Part shown: positions 11,505 through 22,594 of the stretch, piece after piece
Layout: each line of letters opens with the position of its first letter
Numbering within the stretch: position 1 is the first letter of the stretch
Source of the DNA: Obrimoposthia wandeli
Taxonomy: Eukaryota
Assembly: GCA_977020255.1 (NCBI GenBank)
Contig: CDROCS010001386.1
Coordinates: forward strand, 1 to 64,000
Length of the DNA: 64,000 nucleotides
Reading direction: 5' to 3'
The notes under the pieces: generated by a model
Databases searched by the model: none
What the model was told of the DNA's origin: nothing
The model's input: the letters and a program-made list of their open reading frames with translations, nothing else
Made by a program: the position numbers and the translations under genes

Positions 11505-14500
11505 ATTTGGTTGATTGTTTCTCTCTTTCGGACGGTATTGTTTATTTTCTCTTTGACGATTCTCATGACATTGTTCGTCATCGTCTTCGTTCATTTCCAC
11601 AATGGTTTTAGCGTAGTCACTTAATTTTGCCCAACCTCCGTTTTCGTCAATTCGTCTCTGTAATACATTCTCGATCAAATACATCGCTTCATTTATTCCT
11701 TGTTTGACTTCGTGAGGTTGGCTCGTTCGTTCCGTCAATTGGAAACATAGATATGTGATCGCTGTAATTAACTTTTTATTTGTAGTCTGGTTTCCACATA
11801 ATCTCGCTAAAACTTCACCGTCATAAAATCTATCTATCGATGCATGGTATACATGATTCGCGGTCATTCTCTTTACTGCAGACATCTGTGATCTAACTGC
11901 TTTAGTCAAATTGTCTGTTATATCGGTTGTTTCATCTCTGTACATTTTAAACAACTTCGGCTTCACTTGCCTGAGAATTCCCGTAAGTATATCTTTACTA
12001 CTTGGAGTTTCCGAATTCATATCACCTCTGATATCTTCATTCCTCTCTGCACTATACTGCTCTAATGACGCTGCTAACTGTCCAATACTTAGATGTCTCT
12101 CTTCATCAGTTTGTGGTGCTGTTAGAACATTTCGTAATATACTTTCGCCTTTTCTAGGTCTTCCAGGTCCTCTTCGAAAATACTGATACTCAGCTTGATT
12201 CTCTCCTGGATCATACGTTTCACCATTATACTGTATCTCTTGACTTGGTCCTTCTTCATGGCCAATCTCTTCATTTTGTCGCATCATTTGCTCTGCTTGT
12301 CTATCTTTGTATGCGGCATGCCAAATTGGTGAATCCAAATCTACAATCTCGGAGACTTCGTCTTCTCCTACTAGTTGGGTTACGGTTTCGTTTTGTCTCA
12401 CTTGGTTAGCTGTATCCGTGACTTCATCTTGTCTGATTGGAATTATATCTGGTTCTGGTGGCACCTCGACCACTGGAGTTGTCAACTCATTTTCTAAATT
12501 CATGTCTTGTAATTCAGCTACGTACGGTTCTGGTGTGGATGTCTTGTTCCAAGCTTCAGCTACATCATTATCTCCGCTTTCACTTGAACTGTCTAAAATT
12601 TCTATAGGCGTTTTTATCATTTCTAACGCAGAATTCAATATCTCGGTTAATCCTTCATTATCTACTAACTCTTGACGTCCTACAGTGATGACATCAATTT
12701 TTTCCTCTAATTCATTTCCTATCGGATATCCAAACTCGACTGGTACGTCCTCATCATCTAGTGATCTCACTTTATAATGGAACAACATATTCATTCCATC
12801 AATTTCAAGTTTCTCAGCCAAGTTTTTCCGAATCGTTTTCATTGTTTGATACACGTTAAGTTTTTCATGTATTATCTGTCCGGAAATTAATCGAAGTGAA
12901 ATTTTCATCGTTCCTTTTTGGTTTGATCTCTGTACATAACGACCATAACCTTTCAGTAATCCTCGGGGTACTTCTTTGTAACCCAAGTTATCATGACTAT
13001 GTTTAACCAATTCTGCACGCACTTCTTCCAATCGGTGCACTTTAATTGTTTGCAATTTGGCCAAAACTTCTGGAGCTTCACTCGTTTCATCTAACGGTTG
13101 ATTTAACGTCTCCTTAGCTTCACTAATTATCTTTTTTACATTTTCCATACTCGTAGCATTTCTTGCTGCTTCTACATGATCAGTCATAGGTTGTGCGTTA
13201 CACGTTTTCTCTATTGGTGTCTCATACGCTTCTAATATTCTATTCATTAAATCATTCATCTCTTCTCTCGAATGTGGACTTCTCTCTTGTTTCGACAACG
13301 TAGATGAATTCGCCATCTTTGTATGTGGTGAATCTTTAATTATTCCCAACATTCGTTCAAATTTACTATCACTATCCTCAAAATCTATTTCGCGTCGCAG
13401 CTCGGTTTCGCGATTCCTATCACTGTCATCGCTTACATAACTAAAATTTCCTTTCGGTTTCGGCGAACTCTCTCGACTATTTGTCTTGTCGACATTATTA
13501 TTATTATATCTACCAGAATTATTATATCTCTCAGCTCCTTGCTGTCCTACGTAATTATTGTATCTCTCAGCTCCTTGCTGTCTGTCTGCATAGTTATTGT
13601 ATCTACCTGGTGACTGTTGTCTATCTGTATACTGATTATTCAGTCTCCATGGCTGTGGAGTATATCCACCACCTCTATTCCATGGCGGAGGTGAATTATA
13701 TCCTCTATAATTATTTCCAAAATTATTATTACCGAAATTATTATTTCCAAATCTGTTAGTTCCGAACTCTTTACTTCTCGTACAATCTCTCGAATAGTGA
13801 CCCATTTGTTTACACGTGTAACACATTATTCTCCCTCGAATATCTATCTTATTTTGTTCATCTTCGAACTGTACTCGACGACTATTCTGTCTATTATCAT
13901 AGCGTCCTCTAAAATCATTTCTTCGGAAATTCGATTCAAAACCGCTTCCTCGATTATTGAATCTTCCGTCACTATTTCCTGCATTATTTCCAAATCGAGA
14001 GTCACTTCGCTCTCCTCTGTTTGCATTATAATTCCTATCGTCTCCTCTCCAAGGTTGGCGATTTCCTGAATTATCTCTATTAAATCTATTCCTGGAATCA
14101 TCTCTATTTCTATTCCACGAATCATTATTATTTCTACCTCTTGAATCATCTCGATTCCTGTTCCAAGACTCACTATTATTTCTACCTCTCGAATCATCTC
14201 GATTCCTACTTCGGAAATTATCTCTATTTCCGTTACTGGATTCATCTACTTTTTCAAACTTATTTTGTCCATAATTTCGATTCTGAAAATTACTCGGTTC
14301 TGTTTTATTCACGAAGACCTTTGTCTTATCGTCGTCACCTGCAGTCATTGCGTAGATTGCCAATGCTGCGTTATTTTTTATATTTTTCTCAATCTCTCTC
14401 GCCTTTCGTACGGCGTTATCAAAATCATTTGTATCCGATACTGCTAATAACACTTTAATATCCTTTTTCAATCCTCCTCTAAATATATCTAACAAGACCT

Positions 14501-15396
14501 CTGCCATTTCATTTTGGTTCCGGTCATTTTCCGCTGCTTGTGCTTCTGGAGCTACAGGATTACCGTCCTGATTTCTCATTATTCTTCTTGGGTACGCTCT
14601 TGCGGCCAAGGTTCTCAAAACATACGCGTATTCATTCACGCCTTCATCATGTTTCTGTTTCCGTTCTCTCATGAGTCGCTTATTTACTTTGGCTAAGTCT
14701 CCTAATACCAATTTTCCAATAAAAGCATTTTCCAACGTTGGCCAGTCTAAACGTTCTGCTTCTGTCAAATGTTTATACACTTCAAGTGCTAATCCGGTTA
14801 AATGTGCCTGTACTCTGACACATTTTTCTTTATCGTTCCATCCTTGAACATCTGCACAACTCGAATATTCTGCGAGGAAGTCACAAATACTTTCCTCATC
14901 TCCTTTAAACTTTGTAATCTGCAATGATCCTGAAAAATTGGGTCTCAACGTCGCATTTAAAGCTTGTGCCAACTGCTCGGCATTCATGTCACCTACATTA
15001 TTTCCTGCATTATTTTCTGCTTGAGCTCCTGGTTGAGCCATATTTTCAACTATAACTTCTTCAACTATTTCTTCAATATTATTCAATGGAACTTCCTCAA
15101 TCACTACTGGATTGGCAATTTCAAATTCTTCTTGGTCTATGTCACCAAATAATTCAGTCAAATTAAAACTGCCGGTTGAAACCGCTGATTGATCAACGTC
15201 TCTTTCTGATACGTTTTCTTCGACTCTAGTCTTTTCTGTTACTTTGTTATCTGTTTGGGGAACCTGTTCAATTCGGTTAACTTTATTATTATTTATCTCT
15301 TCCTTGGGAATCTGACTTTGTCTTCTAGTATTATACGCGGGTCCTTTTCTATTATCCGTTGTCTTATCAATTATGTATTCGTTTACGATATCAATT
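11142..15396 (-). CDS. Extended Gag polyprotein: capsid, R/N/D-rich repeats, CCHC knuckle, ubiquitin-like domain, AT-hook, Bcl-2-like domain, Env signal peptide
   Basis: Capsid-like FKGDEESICDFL...GWNDKEKC...LTGLALEVY...RKQKHDEGVNEYAYVLRTLA; CYTCKQMGHYSRDC at 13782-13824. The reading frame is open upstream of the listed start to a stop at ~15397. Confidence 0.88.
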
Positions 15397-15494
15397 TACT
15401 TATTATTTTTATCTTATTTCACAATTCTTATTTTACGATTTTTTATCTCTTTAATTAGTTCGAGGACAGAGTCTCCCGACTTAACTTATTCAAT

Positions 15495-16235
15495 TAATTA
15501 CTTCGAGTATCAATCCACTCGATTCTCACTTATCAAATTTACTGGCTCGAGGAACAAATCCACTCGACTTCTCAAAACCTATCAAACTCTTAACTTCGAG
15601 GAACAAATCTACCCGATTTCTCAAAAACTTATCAAATTCTTAACTTCGAGGAACAAATCTACCCGATTTCTCAACACTTATCAAATTCTTAACTTCGAGG
15701 AACAAATCTACCCGATTTCTTAAAAACTTATCAAATTCTTAACTTCGAGGAACAAATCTACCCGATTTCTCAACACTTATCAAATTCTTAACTTCGAGGA
15801 ACAAATCTACTCGATTTCTCAAAAACTTATCAAATTCTTAACTTCGAGGAACAAATCTACCCGATTTCTCAACACTTATCAAATTCTTAACTTCGAGGAA
15901 CAAATCTACCCGATTTCTCAACACTTATCAAATTCTTAACTTCGAGGAACAAATCTACTCGATTTCTCAAAAACTTATCAAATTCTTAACTTCGAGGAAC
16001 AAATCTACCCGATTTCTCAACACTTATCAAATTCTTAACTTCGAGGAACAAATCTACCCGATTTCTCAACACTTATCAAATTCTTAACTTCGAGGAACAA
16101 ATCTACTCGATTTCTCAAAAACTTATCAAATTCTTAACTTCGAGGAACAAATCTACCCGATTTCTCAACACTTATCAAATTCTTAACTTCGAGGAACAAA
16201 TCTACCCGATTTCTCAACACTTATCAAATTCTTAT
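15495..16235. repeat. Tandem array, 49-50 bp unit, ~15 copies, in the element's 5' leader
   Basis: Unit CACTTATCAAATTCTTAACTTCGAGGAACAAATCTACCCGATTTCTCAA, with period 49 measured at 15661/15710. Confidence 0.95.
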
Positions 16236-16289
16236 CTCAATTTACTTATATCTTCTTCTGAACTTATTCTCAATTGTCTATATTCTTCT

Positions 16290-16590
16290 GCTGAAACTTA
16301 TTCTCAATTTATCTGAAACTTATTCTCAATTTATCTGAAACTTATTCTCAATATCTGAAACTTATTCTTAATACCTGAAACTTATTCTTAATATCTGAAA
16401 CTTATTCTCAATATCTGAAACTTATTCTTAATATCTGTACTTATTCTCAATATCTGAAACTTATTCTTAATATCTGTACTTATTCTATTTACCTGAAACT
16501 TATTCTCAATTATCCGCAACTTATCTGAACTTATTCTATTCACCTGAAACTTATTCTCAATTATCCAAAACTTATCTGAACTTATTCTAC
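16290..16590. repeat. Tandem array, ~19-20 bp unit, in 5' leader
   Basis: Repeated CTGAAACTTATTCTCAAT(A/T) variants. Confidence 0.85.
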
Positions 16591-16615
16591 GTGAATTCGC
16601 TGTGTCCGACGAGCT

Positions 16616-16634
16616 ATCCTCACTCGGGGCACCA
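16616..16634 (-). promoter_or_regulatory. Primer-binding site complementary to elongator tRNA-Met
   Basis: The minus strand reads TGGTGCCCCGAGTGAGGAT, 8 nt after the LTR's CA end. It matches the 3' end of metazoan elongator tRNA-Met (human complement TGGTGCCCCGTGTGAGGAT from memory, 1 mismatch). Confidence 0.8.
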
Positions 16635-17048
16635 CTTTAATATGTTGGGGTTTCTATACGAAACTTGGTATAGAGCCTCTTAGTGTGCGGAGGACCCCAA
16701 CGTGAGTTCGATTAGAAGCAGGTCTTAAAGTTGGTCGTGGCCTACTTAGTGTTATGGTTGCCTAATCTCTTGTACTATCTGAAGGTGTTTGATTTGATGT
16801 CTCTTAGTCTGAAGGGTGTAAAAACAACTTGTTCTAATGTAGGAAATTGTTTATTCAAAATTCACGTAACTAACACCACAATACGTTTATGTACGTATTT
16901 CTAAAAAGTATGATAAAATTCCTAAAGGACTTCTGTGAGTCTCTACAAGAAGTGGGGATGAACCACGTATCGATTTTACGCTAAGGGGAATCGAGATTTT
17001 TAGAGTTGTTCCTTTAACTCGAGAATAAGCTCAAATTATAGATTTTCA

Positions 17049-17642
17049 AAAACTTTATTTTATCTTGGACAAACTTTAGATTATCAATACGCAATGAAGG
17101 GTAAAATCTTCTTTTAGATCGGATAAAACTTTATTTTATCTTGGGCAAACTTTAAATTGTCAATACGCAATGGAGGGTAAAATCTTCTTTTAAATCGGAT
17201 AAAACTTTATTTTATCTTGGGCAAACTTTAAATTGTCAATACGCAATGGAGGGTAAAATCTTCTTTTAAATCGGATAAAACTTTATTTTATCTTGGGCAA
17301 ACTTTAAATTGTCAATACGCAATGGAGGGTAAAATCTTCTTTTAAATAGGATAAAACTTTATTTTATCTTGGGCAAACTTTAAATTGTCAATATGCAATG
17401 CAGGGTAAAATCTTCTTTTAATCGGAAAAACTCTTTAAATTATCAATACGAAATGCAGGGCAAAATCCTCTTTTAATCGGAAAAACTCTTTAAATTATCA
17501 ATACGAAATGCAGGGCAAAATCCTCTTTTAATCGGAAAAACTCTTTAAATTATCAATACGAAATGCAGGGCAAAATCCTCTTTTAATCGGAAAAACTCTT
17601 TAAATTATCAATACGAAATGCAGGGCAAAATCCTCTTTTAAT
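17049..17642. repeat. LTR tandem arrays: 76-bp unit x~5 grading into related 55-bp unit x4
   Basis: Periods 17201/17277 and 17421/17476/17531/17586. Confidence 0.9.
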
Positions 17643-19192
17643 CTTTACTCAATAAAGGCCAAACTTCCTTAAATTTTCGGTCTTTATACCTTTATTTTCT
17701 CCGAAATCACTGGATCCTCGTCTCCTAGTATAGTCTGCTCGAGTTGGCGAGATCAGGAAATAGATTGAAATTAAATAGACTGGAGATAACTGGGAATTTG
17801 CTGCCTTGTGGTCTATTCCTCGGTAGATCGCGATATTGATTTTTCCGGTTGTAATTTCTTTTTCTTATCGACGACTTTTATAGTCGATTCTACAACTCCT
17901 GTCTGTCAGTCAGCAATGTCGACAGCGGTTTCACTGGAGTCTTTTGCGGCAGCTGAAAATTAATTTTAACACTCCAAATTAACTGCACGAAAATGTGCTT
18001 ACCTTGATTGACGGTTTGATTGACGTTGCTAATTTTCTTTTTCGACTATAATTAATTCTAATGTTTCCTTTTGCTTTTTTGCACTTTTAGTTGATTAATT
18101 CTAACTTTTATACACATTTCACACTATACACGACCTTCGTGGTCCTCCTAATTTTTACCCTAAATTCCACTAATTTTAATTCTAAAACTTAAATTAATAT
18201 TTTAATTTAATTTTCAACCTTGCTTTCAAGGATTTTTATTTTAGTATTTAATTTACTAAAATATTTAATTTTCTTAATTCTCAACCTTAACAAATTAGCC
18301 TAATAGATTTTGGCTCAAAAAAACTTACATTGAGGAATTGTTGAGACGTCTGGCAGTTGGCCGGTTCTCACAGTTTCTCACAGAGTTAAGTGGTTGCAGA
18401 ACAGGTGGCGAATTCCCACAATATTTTTCTGATTTTCTTCTTGTTTTCTTCTTCTTAATTATTGACTCTAATAATTGGAATTCTTTGGGCCCTTTTAATA
18501 ATTTTAAAATCTCTTATATATACCTACACAAGAAACATGACTCTTCAAGGTCTTAAATTTATTCAATCCCATTTTATTTAATTTAACATTTTTTAGTTAT
18601 TTATTTCACTTTCTTTAACCTTACTTTTAGGGTTATATTTTCTATATATATTAATTAAATTCAAAATCCTAATCCTAACACCTTTATTAATTCAATTTTA
18701 TCAAATTTAATTCGTATATAGATGTTATATCTATTGAAATTGTTAGGTTTAGGAATTAGAAAATTAAAATAATTAGTTGATTTTATACTAAAATAAAAAT
18801 CCTTGAAAGCAAGGTTGAAAATTAAATTAAATATTAATTTTGAAATTCAAAACTAAAATTATTGAAATTAAGATAAATATTAGGAGGACCACGAAGGTCG
18901 TGTATAGTGTGTGGTATATAAGGTTAGAATTAATTACTAGTAAAGTGCAAAAAAAGTGAACAATATAGAAAACTGCCAACGTCAGCAGAAAAAAGAAAAA
19001 CCACTAACGTCAGCAGAAACGAAAAGGTAATTAATTAAACATCTGCCAATTTCTGATATTTATGGAATCAGTTGAAATTGACAGAAGCAAAAAACCCAGG
19101 GCGCAACAAGGATCGGTCGAAGCAGCAACCGGAGCAGCAACAGGCAGGTGGTAATTTAGTGGTAGTGCTCGGTTTTAATCGATTATTTAGAT

Positions 19193-19488
19193 CACAATCA
19201 AAGTCGACTGTGCAGATTATTTGAAAAAGACATTTAATTGGAAAACCCAACGACAATCAAAGTCGACTGTGCAGATTATTTGAAAAAGACATTTAATTGG
19301 AAAACCCAACGACAATCAAAGTCGACTGTGCAGATTATTTGAAAAAGACATTTAATTGGAAAACCCAACGACAATCAAAGTCGACTGTGCAGATTATTTG
19401 AAAAAGACATTTAATTGGAAAACCCAACGACAATCAAAGTCAACTGTGCAGATTATTGGAAAAGACATTTAATTGGAAAACCCAACGA
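19193..19488. repeat. LTR tandem array, 59-bp unit x5
   Basis: Unit ACAATCAAAGTCGACTGTGCAGATTATTTGAAAAAGACATTTAATTGGAAAACCCAACG. Confidence 0.95.
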
Positions 19489-19562
19489 CTAGAAAAATCC
19501 ATCTAATTACCAAGCAGCGGATTCAGTGCCGGACTCTACCCACAGTTACGGATAGGTGAGAC

Positions 19563-20055
19563 GTCTCGCATAAATTCATTGTCCGAAGTTGACAATTAGG
19601 TTTTAACAATTTTAACTTGTCTCGCATAAATTCATTGTCCGAAGTTGACAATTAGGTTTTAACAATTTTAACTTGTCTCGCATAAATTCATTGTCCGAAG
19701 TTGACAATTAGGTTTTAACAATTTTAACTTGTCTCGCATAAATTCATTGTCCGAAGTTGACAATTAGGTTTTAACAATTTTAACTTGTCTCGCATAAATT
19801 CATTGTCCGAAGTTGACAATTAGGTTTTAACAATTTTAACTTGTCTCGCATAAATTCATTGTCCGAAGTTGACAATTAGGTTTTAACAATTTTAACTTGT
19901 CTCGCATAAATTCATTGTCCGAAGTTGACAATTAGGTTTTAACAATTTTAACTTGTCTCGCATAAATTCATTGTCCGAAGTTGACAATTAGGTTCTAACA
20001 ATTTTAACTTGTCTCGCATAATTTCATTCATTGTCCGAAGTTGACAATTAGGTTC
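19563..20055. repeat. LTR tandem array, 56-bp unit x~8.5
   Basis: Unit GTCTCGCATAAATTCATTGTCCGAAGTTGACAATTAGGTTTTAACAATTTTAACTT. Confidence 0.95.
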
Positions 20056-22496
20056 ACGAAATCATTGTCCATCGTTGACAATTAGGCCTTTATACGAATC
20101 ATTGTCCACAGTTGACAATTCGCGTCTGAATTCATAACAATAGAATTTGCCGAGTTAAGAAAGCTTTACCCACACGATCTAAGTTAAGTTGAAGAAGTTT
20201 TAAGAGAGTTGTGTTATAAATTAACCAACCTAGAAAGAAGATTTGCATTCGCACCTTTATTGTCATAAGAATAAAGGTTAAACCTCCAAAATTCAAGCCG
20301 ATAGCAAAGTTAAATTATTGAGAAATCCATAACGCGAGCTTATTCTCGAGTTAGAAGAATAACTCTAAAATCTCGATCACTCCGAACGTAAAATCGATAC
20401 GTGGTTCATCCCCACTTGTTGTAGAGACTTACAGAAGTCTTAGGAATTTTTACTATACTTTTTAGAAAATACGTACATAAACGTATTGTTGTGTTTAGTT
20501 TCGTGAATTACCAATAAACGATTTCCTACATTAGAACAAGTTGTTTTTGAACCCTTCAGAGTAAGAGACGTCAAAACAAACACCTTCAGATAAGAAAGAG
20601 AGATAGGCAACTATAACACTAAGTAGGCCACGACCAACTTTAAGACCTGCTTCTATTCGAACTCACGTTGGGGCCCTCCGCACATAAGAGGATCTGTACA
20701 AGTTTCGTATAGAAACCCCAACAAAATAAGTAATTTGTAAACAGTTTATGACACTATTGCTTGAGGTATGGATTTTATTAAAAAATAAATGTAGGATACA
20801 TTATTTAATATGTTATATTAATTCTTTCACATAGATAAAATTAAAGTTAATATCAATGGTTTTGAATTAGTTCGAAGTTCCCATTTATTATTAAAATAAA
20901 TCTTATAACTTCTAAAATAGTTTATTTTATGTTCAAACTCAAAATTATATTTATTCTTGTTAACATCACATGTTTATTTACGCCAATAAGCATAAAATTT
21001 GAAATATTACAAACTTAAATTCAGATTTTCTCTTTAAAAATACATGTATATATATTTATATTTAGCCAATTTTACGTATAAATTCGTCATCAATTTAATA
21101 TTATTAACCAATAAAATTATTATGAATATGATTGAAGATGAACCATAAGATTTTTCCATTGTTATACTTAAATAATATTTAATCAAATATAATTAATTGA
21201 TATTTCGAGTATTTTTATCCAAAAATTTGAAGTATGGCAATAATTGAATTCACAAATATTTAATTAAGATTCAATAGCTAGGAGGTCATGTAATCATAGT
21301 AAAATACAATAATCTAAATCAAGTTTGCATCATATCGATTTGCTACTGGAGCAAAAGAAAATAGAAAGAAAGTACAATGGTGCATGAATAAGAGTTCACC
21401 TCACAGAACCGATCAGACTGAGTATGAGAAAATAAGTAGAACAAAAACAGATATCGTAGTAGTAACAGTAACAGGCTCCGCCTTTTAAACAGTAGGAATC
21501 GGTCTAGCATCAACTAACTACGTTCATACAGTATCATAAAATATTTCAATAAAAATAGCATGATAGAAGCGACAAAAATCGAGAAATATGCCTAAGGTAT
21601 TAGTATAAAAATAATTTTACATAAATTATTATTGTATTGATTAATTTCATATTTAAATTACTATGTTAAAATTATTAAATTGACAATTAATATAAATTAT
21701 ATATAAAAAGTTGTTTTAATCCATTTTCTGCATGAATAAGTAAGTCAAAATGGCGATAATTAAAAGGTGCATTTATCATCATTTAATAAAATTAGGCATT
21801 GTTATGGATGTTTATGTGAGCTTAATATGAAAGTTAAGAGAGCTCAGGTACAAATAATGAATATATTGTTTCTTGCATAAATTCCTACTGTATGGAAGCA
21901 ATGTAAAAGTACGAATTTTATAAGAAGTTTTCTAAGCCTTCTAAACGAGATTGTATGTTTTACGCAAAATGCATATTAAAGATTGCATAGATTTGATTTT
22001 TGGGTGATAATATATACTAATGTATTCCGTATTCATTTCTATATACAGTTAATAGAATTAGAATGTGTCGTAACTATTCAGAAAAAAACAAATTTAAGGT
22101 ACTTTAGTTAAATTTCAATACGTTTATAAAATTAACTAATATAATTTATAAATATTTATGTTAAAAAACATATTCAATGTGTTATTCTTAGATTTTTGTG
22201 CTGTTGTATTTAAATGCCTTTGGTTGTACGTGCTCTTCAGGCCAACTCTGATTCTAATCGACTGTACTTCGTAGAATATCAGACTTGTCATGACAAAAGT
22301 ACCAGTTTTCGAGACATGTCCTGGAAATAGGTCAACTACGTATTGAACAAGATAGTTGTACTATTTCCAAGAAGCTGCGAAACTGACTTTTGACGACGTT
22401 GTCCGACAGTCCACGATCTATGCATATATCTGTGTATACACAATTGTTGGGTGCTGTCTGATGACCTGTGCATCATCACCATGGCGGTGGTACTCC

Positions 22497-22594
22497 TCAT
22501 ACCCTCGCGGGAACCTTGAATTTGACGGGTCGCCATTTGTCCACCTTGTTTGGTCGGTCCACCATCATACCACAATTGATCGAGTCTTTGGGGT
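22497..22594 (-). CDS. Probable terminal coding exon of host gene
   Basis: Acceptor ccAG phase 1; (Y)PKDSINCGMMVDRPNKVDKWRPVKFKVPARV*. This is a different frame from the listed ORF 22336..22617. Confidence 0.6.

Larger units (their letters stand above)
1..20723 (-). mobile_element. Giant Ty3/Gypsy LTR retroelement / endogenous errantivirus-like element (Burro-like), 3' end outside window
   Basis: LTR, PBS, gag, env, PR, RT (YIDD), RNase H and integrase (HHCC, DDE, GPY) all lie on the minus strand. The PR-RT-RH-INT order is the Ty3/Gypsy order. Coding-like sequence continues to near position 1. Confidence 0.93.
16643..20723 (-). repeat. 5' LTR, 4,081 bp, quasi-palindromic
   Basis: Both ends read TGTTGGGGTTTCTATACGAAACTTG inward. 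Arms of ~390 bp (16643-17032 / 20336-20723) are inverted copies, and there is an inner inverted pair at ~18078-18247 / 18785-18956. The PBS is adjacent. There is no TSD around this block, which argues against an inserted DNA transposon. Confidence 0.82.

Noticed and set aside
2557-14696. Plus-strand ORFs overlapping the retroelement (e.g. 2557..3042, 7375..7758, 8869..9408, 12307..12675)
   Set aside because: Antisense shadows of the minus-strand polyprotein with no recognisable motifs.
15495-20055. Tandem arrays as CRISPR arrays
   Set aside because: The units are contiguous with no unique spacers, the context is eukaryotic, and there are no cas genes.
16643-20723. Interpreting the inverted-repeat block as a foldback DNA transposon
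   Set aside because: No TSD in the flanks (CTTTAATA vs AAATAAGT). The TG...CA ends and an adjacent PBS fit an LTR better.
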